This document shows, one piece after another, positions 9,885-19,867 of a DNA stretch of 63,350 nt. The DNA comes from Acidimicrobiia bacterium. GTDB lineage: Bacteria; Actinomycetota; Acidimicrobiia; Spongiisociales; ZC4RG35. The stretch is from positions 1 to 63,350 of the forward strand of contig JBFHRE010000002.1 of NCBI GenBank assembly GCA_041591895.1, written 5' to 3'. A program made the position numbers and the translations under genes. Below the pieces are notes generated by a model. The model worked only from the letters and a program-made list of their open reading frames with translations, was not told the origin of the DNA and did no database searches. Position 1 is the first letter of the stretch; every line of letters starts with the position of its first letter.

Positions 9885-12800
9885 TCAGCCCACGGTCGCG
9901 GGGACCGTGCGATCCGACAGTGCCTTGGCGACCACCTTCGAAGAACCCCCGGGTTCCATCGTCACCCCGTAGAGCACATCCGCACTCTCCATGGTCTGCT
10001 GTTGATGTGTGACGACCACGAGCTGGGCGTTGGCGCGGAAGCGATCGAGCAGCCTGAGAAAGCGTCTCAGGTTGGCGTCATCCAAAGCCGCCTCGACCTC
10101 ATCCAGGATGTAGAACGGGCTGGGACGCGCCTTGAAGATGGCGAACAGGAACGCCAGAGCAGCCAGTGACCGCTCCCCGCCCGACAACAAGCTCATCTTC
10201 GCCACCTTCTTGCCGAGCGGCTGGGCTTCGATCTCCACTCCACTGCGGAGGAGGTCGTCGGGCTCGGTCAAGCTGAGCCTGCCGGTGCCTCCTGGGAAGA
10301 GGATCGAGAAATGCTCCTGGAACGCCCCTGCGATCTCCTCGTACGCCCGGGTGAACTGCGACTCGATCTCGCTGTCGAGCGCCGTGATCACCTTGCGCAA
10401 CTCATCCCGGGACTTCTCGAGGTCGGTCAGCTGTTCATCCAGGAACGCGTGACGTTCCTGCAACTCGGCGTACTCGGCGGCGGCCAGCGGGTTGATCGGT
10501 CCCATGCGTCTGAGCTCGGCCTCGAGACGGGTCAGTCGCGAATCGAGCGGCTCTTCTCCATCCACCAGCGGCATGCCGGCTTCGAGGGCTACGTCGGCAT
10601 CGAGATCCAGGTCACGTCTCAGAGCCTCTTCGACGGCCTCCTTGCGAACCCTCAACTCGGCAGCCTCGACACGATCCTGCGAGAGCTGCTCGCGATCAGC
10701 CGCGATGCGTCGGGCCAGAGCTTCCGCCTCCTCCTGAACCTCACCCAGCAGCCGCCCGGTGTCGCCTGCCCGGCCGCGAAGGTCGGCCTGACGGGCGCGC
10801 AGCGCGTCGAGGTGGATCCGGCAGGCCTCCAGCGCCAACCTCGACCGGTCGGCAATCGTCGCCAGTCGTTCCAGCGATTCGGGATCGACCACCAAAGAGT
10901 CCTCGGCCTCCAAGAGCCTCAGGATCTCGGACCGGCGCCGCTCGGTCAATGACATGCGTTCTTCGAGCCCGGTGTGCGAGGATGTGGCGGCCTGCCATCT
11001 GGCCCGGGCCGACTCCCGGCGCTCCGAGGCCTCACGCCGCCTCCGGGTGAGCTCCTCCCACATACGCTGCCGCTCGGCCTCCTCTCCTTCGAGCGCAGCC
11101 AGGCGGTCCTCCAACTGCCGTCGCTGCTCAACCCTCTCGGCCTTCGTCGCCTCCAGCATCGACAGCCGGGTGCGGAGTCGGTCCTCCTCCTCGAATAGCG
11201 CCGCAAGAGACCGCTCAAGGCGGGATGTGGCCTCGGTCAATCCGGCCAGCTGGGCTTCCAGCGACTCCAACGTCTCCAGTGCGTCCCGTTCCTCGAGCCT
11301 CGCCTCTTCGAAGACCCTGCGTGCGGACGAGAACAAAGAGGCGGCTCGGGCGAGAGCGATGCCGGCAGCCTCGTACTCCACCAAACCGCGCTCGAGCATC
11401 GCCGGAGTGGTCCCGTTCGGTTGACCGATCCGGATCCCGTCGGACGTCACCAGATCACCGTCAGGAGTGACCGCCCGAATCTCGGGATGTGCTCGCACGA
11501 GCGACCACGCCGCGGACCAGCCCTCGACCACCACCACATCTCCCAGCAGTTGCCGGGCAAGCCGGGAATGCGTGCCAGAGCCGAGGAGATCGATCAGCGC
11601 CTCTACCCCCCAGGCGGTGGCCACCGGTCCGGCATCCGGAAGCTCCCTGGCGCTGGGCCCGACTGCGGGAACGCCTCCGCCTCCGGCTCCCTTGGTCTCT
11701 CCGACCGCGAGATGCAATGTCTCGCCGGACTCGAATGCCACCGCATCCGACCACGGGCCGAGCGCGGCGTCAACGGCGGCAGCCAGGTGATCGGGAACGT
11801 CGAGAAGCCGGGCGAGGTGCCCGGCGGCGCCTGCCGAACCCTCCAGCAGCTCTCGTGACCGGGGATCGGCGAGCCCGGCGACCGCCTCTTCCAATGCGGC
11901 GACCTTGGCGGCCGCGGCCGCATTGCCGAGCTCGGCATCGCGGTGATCGGCCTCGGCGCGCTCCCAATCCTGTTGAAGCGCCTTCCGACGTCTTTCCGCA
12001 TCGGAGTACCGCGCCTGGGAGACGCCAACCATGCGGTCGATCTGCTTGATCTCGTCTTTCAGTGCCGCGATCTGACTGGTTTCGGCTTCTCTCTGCGCCG
12101 TGAGCGATTCGATCCGCCGCCGGGTGGATTCGGCTTCGCGCAGGTCACGCTCATCGGCAGCGTCCATCGACCGGAGATCACCCCGCACGATGGCGATCGC
12201 GCCCTCGGTACTCATGCCCTCCTGGTCGGCAAGTGACCGTTCTTCGTCCTCCGCCAGGCGAAAGGCCCGTTCGGCACGCTCGGCCTCGTCGGCAGCCGCC
12301 CGCACCTCGGGGGCCAGAGAAGCGAGGATCCCTTCGATTTCGGTCCGCTCATTCTCGAGATCCCGCCGTCGTTCGCCTGCGCCTTCCAATCGAGCGGTGC
12401 CGGCCCGGTGGCGTTCGGCTGCGACCTGGGCGATGCGGCGCAAGCGTTCGATCGTCGTTTCCAGGCGGGCCGCGGCGGTGGTGTCGCGATCGAGTGCCTC
12501 GCCGACCTCGCCGGCAGAAAGCCGCAGCTCGGCGAGGCGCTCGCCGACCACCCTGTTCTCGGCCTCCGCCGCGGCGATGTCGGATTCGAGTCGGGCGCGA
12601 GTGGTTTCGATTTCGCCGGACCGCCGCGTCATCCGCCGGAGTTCTTCACCCGTGACATAAAGACGGATCGACCGGGCTTCGTCGCGAACTGCGTCGTGCC
12701 GAGCAGCCGCCTCCGCCTGGCGTCGAAGCGGGCGCATCTGTCGAGCGATCTCACCGAGCAGGTCACGCAACCGGAGTACATCGGCGTCGGTCCGCTCCAA

Positions 12801-13340
12801 CCTGCGGATCGCCTTCTCCTTGCGAACCCGATGCTTCAGAATCCCCGCCGCTTCCTCGATGACAGCCCGGTGGTCCTCGGGACCGGCGTTCAAAACCGAA
12901 TCGATCTGGCCCTGACCGATGATCACGTGCTGGTGACGACCGACATGGGAGTCCGACAGGAGCTCCTGGATGTCGAGCAGCCGGCAGCCGACGCCATTGA
13001 TCTCGTAGTCGCTGGAGCCGTCGCGATAGAGGCGGCGGGTGATCGCTACCTCGGGCAGGTCGAGCGGAAGCATCCCCGACGCGTTGTCGAGCACCAGGGT
13101 GACCTCGGCCCTTCCCAGCCCCGGCCGCGTGGCGGTACCGGCAAAGATCACGTCGTCCATCTTGTCCGTCCGAAGGGCCTTCGTCGACTGGGTGCCCATC
13201 ACCCAAGCCACTGCGTCGACGATGTTTGATTTCCCCGAGCCATTGGGCCCGACCACCACCGTCACTCCTGGACGCAGCTCCAGACGAGTCCGGTCGGCGA
13301 ACGACTTGAACCCGACGAGTTTGAGCGACTTCAGAAACAT
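9885..13340 (-). CDS. smc: chromosome segregation protein SMC
   Basis: MFLKSLKLVGFKSFADRT...GPNGSGKSNIVDA Walker A, long coiled coils, C-terminal LSGGERSLAALAFLFAIF...FYILDEVEAALD. 1151 aa. Confidence 0.95.
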   Translation of the reverse strand: MFLKSLKLVGFKSFADRTRLELRPGVTVVVGPNGSGKSNIVDAVAWVMGTQSTKALRTDKMDDVIFAGTATRPGLGRAEVTLVLDNASGMLPLDLPEVAITRRLYRDGSSDYEINGVGCRLLDIQELLSDSHVGRHQHVIIGQGQIDSVLNAGPEDHRAVIEEAAGILKHRVRKEKAIRRLERTDADVLRLRDLLGEIARQMRPLRRQAEAAARHDAVRDEARSIRLYVTGEELRRMTRRSGEIETTRARLESDIAAAEAENRVVGERLAELRLSAGEVGEALDRDTTAAARLETTIERLRRIAQVAAERHRAGTARLEGAGERRRDLENERTEIEGILASLAPEVRAAADEAERAERAFRLAEDEERSLADQEGMSTEGAIAIVRGDLRSMDAADERDLREAESTRRRIESLTAQREAETSQIAALKDEIKQIDRMVGVSQARYSDAERRRKALQQDWERAEADHRDAELGNAAAAAKVAALEEAVAGLADPRSRELLEGSAGAAGHLARLLDVPDHLAAAVDAALGPWSDAVAFESGETLHLAVGETKGAGGGGVPAVGPSARELPDAGPVATAWGVEALIDLLGSGTHSRLARQLLGDVVVVEGWSAAWSLVRAHPEIRAVTPDGDLVTSDGIRIGQPNGTTPAMLERGLVEYEAAGIALARAASLFSSARRVFEEARLEERDALETLESLEAQLAGLTEATSRLERSLAALFEEEDRLRTRLSMLEATKAERVEQRRQLEDRLAALEGEEAERQRMWEELTRRRREASERRESARARWQAATSSHTGLEERMSLTERRRSEILRLLEAEDSLVVDPESLERLATIADRSRLALEACRIHLDALRARQADLRGRAGDTGRLLGEVQEEAEALARRIAADREQLSQDRVEAAELRVRKEAVEEALRRDLDLDADVALEAGMPLVDGEEPLDSRLTRLEAELRRMGPINPLAAAEYAELQERHAFLDEQLTDLEKSRDELRKVITALDSEIESQFTRAYEEIAGAFQEHFSILFPGGTGRLSLTEPDDLLRSGVEIEAQPLGKKVAKMSLLSGGERSLAALAFLFAIFKARPSPFYILDEVEAALDDANLRRFLRLLDRFRANAQLVVVTHQQQTMESADVLYGVTMEPGGSSKVVAKALSDRTVPATVG

Positions 13341-13374
13341 GTGGGCTTGAAATTACACGAATGTGAGTAGTCGA

Positions 13375-13446
13375 CCCAGTTCATTTCCCAGTTCATTTCC
13401 CAGTTCATTTCCCGGGTCATATCGCCGTTCATGTCGCCGGCCGTCT
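13375..13446. repeat. 12-bp tandem repeat, 3 perfect plus 3 degenerate copies
   Basis: cccagttcattt x3 (13375-13410), then cccgggtcatat, cgccgttcatgt, cgccggccgtct. Lies between the acyP stop and the smc start. Confidence 0.85.
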
Positions 13447-13453
13447 CTCGAGG

Positions 13454-13732
13454 TCATCTCGTGACCAGGAAGTCCTGCAGGTTCGGGTCCGGTCTGACCA
13501 CCTCCGACTCGACCCCTGTCACCCGCGCTCCGGTGGGACCCACCCACAACCAGTCGATCAGGCGGTCCACCATCTGCTCGTTGCCCTGGGCCCACACCTC
13601 GACCCGTCCGTCGTGGAGATTGCGGACCCAACCCTGCAATCCCAATCTCCGCGCCGCCTGCCGGGTCGACTGACGGAAATAGACGCCCTGCACCAGGCCG
13701 GACACATAGGCGCGAACTGCGGTTTCACTCAC
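13454..13732 (-). CDS. acyP: acylphosphatase
   Basis: VRAYVSGLVQGVYFRQSTRQAARRLGLQGWVRNLHDGRVEV motif. GTG at 13732 overlaps the mutM stop (GTGA). The longer track ORF would overlap mutM. Confidence 0.8.
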   Translation of the reverse strand: MSETAVRAYVSGLVQGVYFRQSTRQAARRLGLQGWVRNLHDGRVEVWAQGNEQMVDRLIDWLWVGPTGARVTGVESEVVRPDPNLQDFLVTR

Positions 13733-14559
13733 TTTTGACAACCAGGACAGAAATGGGTCGAGCGTTGCCCGATCACGACTCGCTCGATGGGCGTGCCACA
13801 CCGCCGGCACTCCTGGTCGGTCCGGCCGTAGACCTGAAGTCGATCGAGGTATTCCCCCGCCCGGCCATCGGGAAGCAGGTAGGCGAGGTCGTCGAGAGAG
13901 GTGCCCCCGTGCTCGACCCCTGCCTCCAGAATCGGCGTGATCGCGCCATGGAGCCCTGCGATCTCGCCGCCGTCGAGTGAGCCGCCGGGTCGCCTGGGGT
14001 CGATTCCCGCAAGGTGCAGCACCTCATCGGCATAGATGTTCCCCAGCCCGGCCACGATCCGCTGGTCCAGCAGGAGCGCCTTTATGGGCGCCCTCCGCCC
14101 CGCCAGTCGCACGGCGAGCCAGTCGGTGGAGGGCAATCCCTCGAACGCGTCCGGCCCGAGCCGGGCCACCCCGGACTCCTCGAGTTCCTCCGCAGTGAAC
14201 ACGGCCACGAATCCGAACGTACGGGGGTCGACGAATCGCATCTCTGTCCCGCCGTCGAGGGTGGCAACGAAGTTGGTGTGCGGCTCTCGTGGCGCCGAAG
14301 CATCGGCAAAACCGATCCGGCCGGACATTCCGAGGTGGATCACCCACGTGAAGTCACCGTCAACGTCGATCAGTAGGAACTTCCCTCGGCGGCCCACCGA
14401 TCGGACCTTCTTCCCTGTGAGTCGATGCACGACGTCGTCGGGGTGATGGTTGTGGCGGGCGGTGCGCTGGCGGCCGACTTCGACAGCGAGAATCACCGCC
14501 CCCTCCAACACCGGCGCCACATGGCGGCGAGTCGACTCGACCTCGGGCAGTTCCGGCAT
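13729..14559 (-). CDS. mutM: formamidopyrimidine-DNA glycosylase
   Basis: MPELPEVE catalytic N-terminus at ATG 14559. C-terminal zinc finger CRRCGTPIERVVIGQRSTHFCPGCQ. Confidence 0.9.
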   Translation of the reverse strand: MPELPEVESTRRHVAPVLEGAVILAVEVGRQRTARHNHHPDDVVHRLTGKKVRSVGRRGKFLLIDVDGDFTWVIHLGMSGRIGFADASAPREPHTNFVATLDGGTEMRFVDPRTFGFVAVFTAEELEESGVARLGPDAFEGLPSTDWLAVRLAGRRAPIKALLLDQRIVAGLGNIYADEVLHLAGIDPRRPGGSLDGGEIAGLHGAITPILEAGVEHGGTSLDDLAYLLPDGRAGEYLDRLQVYGRTDQECRRCGTPIERVVIGQRSTHFCPGCQK

Positions 14560-14617
14560 GGGAGGCAGCATGGAACGGCTTCCGAGGGGATGCAAACCCG
14601 GTGACTACTCTGCGCGC

Positions 14618-15517
14618 ATGGCCGCCCCGGTACTCAGACCGCTGAGCTTTGGCGAGGTTCTGGACACCTCGTTCAATCTGTTCAAACGCAACTTCAAGAC
14701 CGTGACCGTGATCTCGGCGGTGGTGATGATCCCCCTCGCGCTGCTGGGCGCGCTGGCGACCGCTGGTCTCGCACCAACGGACCTGGCTCCTCTGGACGAT
14801 CCACAGGCCTCGATCGAAGACGTGCTCGGGGTCCTTCTCCCCCTGTATGGCGCCCTCGGAGCAGGCCTCCTCCTGCAGTTCTTCGGACAGGTTCTCGTGC
14901 AGGCGGCGACCACCCGAGTGTACGCCGAGGCCTATCACGGCGGGACGATCGGGATACGGGAAGGGCTCCGGGTGGGACTGCGTCGGCTCCCGGCGATGCT
15001 CGGCCTCACGATCGTGTCGTCCATCGGGATGCTGGTCGGATTCGTCCTGTGCATCATTCCCGGGGTCTGGGTCTATGTGGCGTGGGCGCTGAGCCCGGCA
15101 GCGCTGATCACAGAGGACAAGGGACCGTTCTCGGCACTCAGACGTTCCATGTCCCTGGTCAAAGACTCGTGGTGGCGCACGTTCGGTCTGCTGGTAGTAG
15201 TCAACCTCCTGGTCGGGGTCATCGTCTCGGTCGTCACCTTCCCGATCCAGATCGCCGGCACATTCGGGGCGGCGGCCGCCGCCGATCCAAGCGCTCTGTT
15301 CAGCGGCACTTTCCTGGCCGTCAACACCTTCGTCTCCGGCCTGGTGAACGCCTTCACACTCCCATTCCTGGCCGGTGTCGTGGTTGCGATCTATTTCGAT
15401 CAGCGGGTACGCAAGGAGGGCTTCGACCTCGACCGACTCATCGCCGACCTCGGCGACGAACCCGAACTGCATGACGGTCAGCGGTCGGAGCCGACGGATC
15501 CGTTCGGCCTCGGGTGA
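14618..15517 (+). CDS. polytopic membrane protein (GP-PDE-membrane-domain-like)
   Basis: MAAPVLRPLSFGEVLDTSFNLFKRNFKT N-terminus followed by about 6 hydrophobic helices. First gene of the MoxR cluster. Confidence 0.6.
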   Translation: MAAPVLRPLSFGEVLDTSFNLFKRNFKTVTVISAVVMIPLALLGALATAGLAPTDLAPLDDPQASIEDVLGVLLPLYGALGAGLLLQFFGQVLVQAATTRVYAEAYHGGTIGIREGLRVGLRRLPAMLGLTIVSSIGMLVGFVLCIIPGVWVYVAWALSPAALITEDKGPFSALRRSMSLVKDSWWRTFGLLVVVNLLVGVIVSVVTFPIQIAGTFGAAAAADPSALFSGTFLAVNTFVSGLVNAFTLPFLAGVVVAIYFDQRVRKEGFDLDRLIADLGDEPELHDGQRSEPTDPFGLG

Positions 15518-16440
15518 ACCGCACTCGGCGTCGGTGGCTGACGATGGCCGTGCTGGCCCTCACCTCCGGTGCCGGCGTCCTCGCCGTCGGCGCCTCGGCG
15601 GCCCGCCCGGTGGCCGGTCCCGAGGCGACACGCCTCGCCGAGGAAGCTCAACGGAACCCGGCCGCAGTCGACGATCTTCTGGCCATCACCGCGATCGACG
15701 ACGTTCCGGTGGACATGGAGTCGCTCCTCTCCGTGGACCGCCGCGAGCGGATCGAGGCGATCGCTCAGCTGCACCCGGGAGAGGCCATCGACGTGGAGGA
15801 TGTCCGCCGCCGAGCCACGAACATCCTCGCCGATCCCCGCTATCCAACCGATCGAGAGTCATGGCTCGAGCGTCTGCTCGACCCGGTCCTGATCTGGGCA
15901 GAACGAGCACTTGCCTGGGTGCTCGATCGGTTCCAGGCCCTCATCGGCTGGTTGATCGAGGTCTTCGAGAGCGGTACCGGCCGCTGGATCGCCCTGCCGC
16001 TGCTGTTCCTCGCCACCGCCATCGGCACCTGGTATCTGGGGCGCCGGCGGGCACTCGAAGTCGAGCGGCGGGCAGTGATCGAGCGGATACTCGAGCTCGG
16101 CGTCGATCCGTCCGAGCTGATGAGGATGGCGGACAACGCCGAGAGTGAGGGTGACCACTCCGAGGCGATCCGGCTGCGATTCGTGGCCGGCCTCCTGTAC
16201 CTGGACGCCGAGGGTGTGATCGAGTTTGCACCCGGTCTGTCCAACGGTGAGATCTCGACCCGGGTCGGCTCGCCCGACTTCGAGACGCTCGCCGCTCAAT
16301 TCGACGCCACCGTCTACGGACGGATTCCGGCCGGACCCGACGAATCATCGATGTCATCACGCCTCTGGGCGCGCGTCATCGGGGCGGGTTTGATCGAGGC
16401 CGGTCCCACTGTTGGGCAACGGAGCGGGGACGGTCGATGA
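15514..16440 (+). CDS. DUF4129 domain protein
   Basis: GTGA overlap with the upstream gene. Signal/TM, second TM, then C-terminal AIRLRFVAGLLYLDAEGVIEFAPGLSNGEI...FDATVYG typical of DUF4129. Confidence 0.7.
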   Translation: MNRTRRRWLTMAVLALTSGAGVLAVGASAARPVAGPEATRLAEEAQRNPAAVDDLLAITAIDDVPVDMESLLSVDRRERIEAIAQLHPGEAIDVEDVRRRATNILADPRYPTDRESWLERLLDPVLIWAERALAWVLDRFQALIGWLIEVFESGTGRWIALPLLFLATAIGTWYLGRRRALEVERRAVIERILELGVDPSELMRMADNAESEGDHSEAIRLRFVAGLLYLDAEGVIEFAPGLSNGEISTRVGSPDFETLAAQFDATVYGRIPAGPDESSMSSRLWARVIGAGLIEAGPTVGQRSGDGR

Positions 16441-17567
16441 TTCCTCGCAGCACCACGCTCACCGCCGCCGGGCGCGCCATCCGCTCACGCATCGAACTCG
16501 TCGTGGGGCTGGCCCTGGCTGTGGCGCTCGTAGGATGGCTCCTGGGCCGGTTCGGATCCAACGAGGTCGTCCAGGGCCCAGACGGATCGATGTTCGTCAG
16601 CGACCTCAACGGGACCGCGGCTGCATTCGAGCTGGCCGCGGATCTCGGAGTGACGGTCGTGCCCTGGGTCGAGCCGCTCGACACAGCCGGGGAAGCTGCC
16701 ACGATCCTCATCCTCGACCCCGACCCCGAGATCTCCATCGCCCCAGCCGAGCGAGCCCACCTCGACGCCCACCTGGCGGCCGGTGGCCGAGTGGTGATCT
16801 CTGGTCCGCCTCATCCGGACCTGGTCGGCTCCCTGTTGCCCGCCGATCTCGCTTTCGGCTACCGGGCCCAGCCCGACGCCCCGGTCCGGTTTCCACTGGC
16901 AGGCGTGGGCGGCGTGGTGGAGACCGGCGGGGTTCGCAACCTGAGAACCGAAGAGCCTCACCTTCCACTCGTCGGCGACCCTCCGGTGGCGGTGGCGTTC
17001 AGTCGCGGTGCGGGGGTCGTCTTCTACGTCTCGGACGGGTCGATCGTCCACAACCGCCGATTCGACGTCAACGCCCCGTGGGTCGAAGGGCTCTTCGGCC
17101 CGGGTCCCCTCCTGGTGGACGAGCGCCGTCACGGGTTCGCTCCCCGCCCACCCCTCGACCAGCCCGGAGGGCTCGTTGCGAGCTTGCCGGCGGAGGTCAG
17201 GCGCACACTGCTGCTGCTCCTGGTCCCGCTTGCCGCGGCCTTGGTCGCCTACGGACGTCGTTGGACTCCCGTCGAGGCGTCGCAGCGTCGCTTGAAGCCG
17301 GCTCGGGCGGAGTTGGTCGAGGCGGCCGCCGGGCTGCTTCTGCGGTCAGGTGACCCCGGTACCGCTGCGCTGGCGGTGACCGAACGGGTCGAAACGCTCC
17401 TGCGACGGGAGCTGCAGCGACCCGAGGGGGCCATCGACGCGGCCGACGCCGCCGAGAGGCTGGGTCTCGATCAGACTCATGTCGCAGCCGCACTCGAACC
17501 CCAAACCGAGGATGATCTGGTCCTCGCCCAGAGACTGCTTGCGACGTTGACCGAAAGGACGATCTAG
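16437..17567 (+). CDS. DUF4350-like protein
   Basis: ATGA overlap. N-terminal TM, then a domain with TILILDPDPEI and HGF features. Its position between DUF4129 and MoxR is typical. Confidence 0.6.
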   Translation: MIPRSTTLTAAGRAIRSRIELVVGLALAVALVGWLLGRFGSNEVVQGPDGSMFVSDLNGTAAAFELAADLGVTVVPWVEPLDTAGEAATILILDPDPEISIAPAERAHLDAHLAAGGRVVISGPPHPDLVGSLLPADLAFGYRAQPDAPVRFPLAGVGGVVETGGVRNLRTEEPHLPLVGDPPVAVAFSRGAGVVFYVSDGSIVHNRRFDVNAPWVEGLFGPGPLLVDERRHGFAPRPPLDQPGGLVASLPAEVRRTLLLLLVPLAAALVAYGRRWTPVEASQRRLKPARAELVEAAAGLLLRSGDPGTAALAVTERVETLLRRELQRPEGAIDAADAAERLGLDQTHVAAALEPQTEDDLVLAQRLLATLTERTI

Positions 17568-18497
17568 ATGAGGGAACTGCGCCGGCGAATCCAGGAGGAA
17601 GTGGCACGAGTCGTTGTCGGGCAGTCCGGTGTCGTCGACGCACTTCTGGCGGCGGCGCTGGTCGGCGGACATGTGTTGCTGGAGGGTGTCCCGGGTACGG
17701 CCAAGACCCTGCTTGCCAATGCGTTTGCCCGCACCACGGGTCTCGAGTTCGGGCGGTCCCAGTTCACACCAGACATGCTGCCGTCCGATCTGACGGGAAC
17801 CATCACGCTGGTCGGCGGGGACCTCCGATTCAGGCCCGGTCCTGTGTTCACGAATGTGCTGCTCGCCGACGAGATCAACCGAACTCCTCCCAAGACTCAG
17901 GCGGCCCTCCTCGAGGCCATGGCAGAAGAACAGGTCACGGTCGACGGAACGTCCCATCCTCTCCCCAGACCGTTTCTGGTGGTCGCGACCCAGAATCCGA
18001 TCGAGTACGAGGGCACCTACCCGCTTCCGGAGGCACAGCTCGACCGGTTCTTGATGAAGATACACGTGGGCTATCCGTCGTCCGAGGCGGAGGTCGAGAT
18101 GCTCGAGATGGCCCGCGACGGAGTCCGCCCGATGGCGCTGGAGTCGGTGCGGCCGGTAACCGGACCTGACGAGTTGGGCCGGGACCGTGCCGAGGTGAGT
18201 GCCGTGCGAATCGAGCGTCCGGTGCTCGAGTACCTGTCCGCCTTGGTGAGGGCAACACGATCGGTTCCGGCGGTCGAGGTGGGCGCGAGTCCTCGCGCCG
18301 CTGTCCATCTCCTGGCCGCGGCTAGGGCTGTCGCCGGTCTGGCAGGGCGCGAGTTCGTCACGCCCGACGACATCCACGCCGTCGTGCTCCCGGTGCTCCG
18401 TCATCGACTCGTGCTCCGACCGGAGGCGGAATTGGAGCGCTATCAACCGGACGATGCCATCCGGGCGGCCATGGCCACCGTGGAAGTCCCCCGGTGA
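17568..18497 (+). CDS. moxR: MoxR-family AAA+ ATPase
   Basis: HVLLEGVPGTAKTLLANAFA Walker A, LLADEINRTPPKTQAALLEAMAE Walker B/sensor, ATQNPIEYEGTYPLPEAQLDRF. Confidence 0.9.
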   Translation: MRELRRRIQEEVARVVVGQSGVVDALLAAALVGGHVLLEGVPGTAKTLLANAFARTTGLEFGRSQFTPDMLPSDLTGTITLVGGDLRFRPGPVFTNVLLADEINRTPPKTQAALLEAMAEEQVTVDGTSHPLPRPFLVVATQNPIEYEGTYPLPEAQLDRFLMKIHVGYPSSEAEVEMLEMARDGVRPMALESVRPVTGPDELGRDRAEVSAVRIERPVLEYLSALVRATRSVPAVEVGASPRAAVHLLAAARAVAGLAGREFVTPDDIHAVVLPVLRHRLVLRPEAELERYQPDDAIRAAMATVEVPR

Positions 18498-19738
18498 TCA
18501 TCACCACACGCACGCTCTGGCTGATGACGGCAGTGGCCTTCCTCGGATATGTCCTGCCCTGGCAAGCGGTTATCGCCGCCGAGGCCCTCGTGCTCCTGGT
18601 GGCCGTGATCGATGCCTGGCAGGTCAGAGAGCCGCCGGCAGTCACGACGGACGTCGCAGCGATCCTCAGTCGAGGCGTGCCGTCCGACCTGGTGGTCGGG
18701 GGTACCGACCGAAGGATCCGACCCGAGTTGAGACAACCTTCGGTTCCCGACCTCGACATCGAACCACGCGAAGCCAGGGGTGCGCTGCGTGCGTCGATCG
18801 TCGCCCTCCGACGCGGCTCACACCGGCTGCCGCGTCCGGTCACCCGCAGAGTCGGAGCGCTCGGTTTCGGAGGCTGGCTCCATCGGCCGGGTGACGAGCA
18901 GGCAATCACCGTCTATCCGGACATGCCCGCAGCTCGCCATCTGGCTTCGGCGGTGCGGGTTGGAACGTTCCGCGAGGAGGGAAAACGGAGCCGGGGACCG
19001 CTTGGCCTCGGGACCGAATTCGAATCGATCCGGGGTTATCTCCCGGACGACGACATCCGCCTCATCAACTGGCGGGCCACGGCAAAGCTCGGACATCCGA
19101 TGTCCAACCAGTACCGGATCGAGCAGGACCGCGACATCATCTGCGTCCTCGACTGTGGCCGGTTGATGTCGGCGCCGATCGGCGACGTGACGAGGCTCGA
19201 CGTGGCGGTGGATGCGGTTGCGGCCCTAGCGGCTGTTGCCGACCAGGCAGGCGACCGGATCGGACTCGTGGCATTCGACCGCGATATCAAGCGGCTCCTC
19301 CGGCCCAGGAGAGACGGCGGAGCCGCCGTAGTCAGGGCGATTCACGACCTCGAGCCCTCGGCTGTCGACTCGGATTACGACCTCGCCCTCAGGTCGGTGT
19401 TGCGGACCAAGCGGGCATTCGTCCTGATCCTGACCGATCTCGTGGACGAGGTGGCGGTGCGGCCGCTCGTATCGGCTGTCCCCCAGCTGGCCCGCAAGCA
19501 CGCCGTCACCGTGGCCGGCGTGATCGACCCAGAGTTGCAGGCCATGATCACCGACCCGGGCGAGGGGATGGGCGACGTGATGCGGGCGGCCACCGCGCTC
19601 CGCTTCCTGACTTCCAAGGAACAAGCGAGCGCTCTTCTGACCCATCGGGGGGTGGACGTGATCGAGGCCACCCGGGAGAACTTCTCCGCCCGGTGCGTGG
19701 CGACGTACCTCCGCGCCAAGCGTCGCGCCCGGCTCTGA
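18494..19738 (+). CDS. DUF58 (vWA-like) protein
   Basis: GTGA overlap with moxR. Two N-terminal TMs. G.EFESIR.Y.PDDDIR.INWRATAK motif typical of DUF58. Confidence 0.8.
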   Translation: MIITTRTLWLMTAVAFLGYVLPWQAVIAAEALVLLVAVIDAWQVREPPAVTTDVAAILSRGVPSDLVVGGTDRRIRPELRQPSVPDLDIEPREARGALRASIVALRRGSHRLPRPVTRRVGALGFGGWLHRPGDEQAITVYPDMPAARHLASAVRVGTFREEGKRSRGPLGLGTEFESIRGYLPDDDIRLINWRATAKLGHPMSNQYRIEQDRDIICVLDCGRLMSAPIGDVTRLDVAVDAVAALAAVADQAGDRIGLVAFDRDIKRLLRPRRDGGAAVVRAIHDLEPSAVDSDYDLALRSVLRTKRAFVLILTDLVDEVAVRPLVSAVPQLARKHAVTVAGVIDPELQAMITDPGEGMGDVMRAATALRFLTSKEQASALLTHRGVDVIEATRENFSARCVATYLRAKRRARL

Positions 19739-19743
19739 AACCA

Positions 19744-19799
19744 GCGACCGGCTACCGGTCACCAGCTACCGGCTGCCAGCTACCAGCTACCGGCGACCA
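19744..19799 (+). repeat. 7-bp tandem repeat (GCTRCCR)n, 8 copies
   Basis: gcgaccg gctaccg gtcacca gctaccg gctgcca gctacca gctaccg gcgacca, starting 6 nt after the DUF58 stop codon. Confidence 0.85.
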
Positions 19800-19867
19800 A
19801 ATGCGGGCAACAACCCTGACACGGGACTAGCTGGTGACTGGCGACAGGAGACCGGTGGCATCGAGGC

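Noticed and set aside
13375-13446. Possible CRISPR array. I considered the same for the 19744-19799 and 48650-48700 repeats.
   Set aside because: The units are 7-15 bp, directly adjacent with no spacers, and no cas genes are nearby. They are microsatellite or tandem repeats. The 48650-48700 repeat is coding (TPAQ repeat in the nuclease N-terminus).
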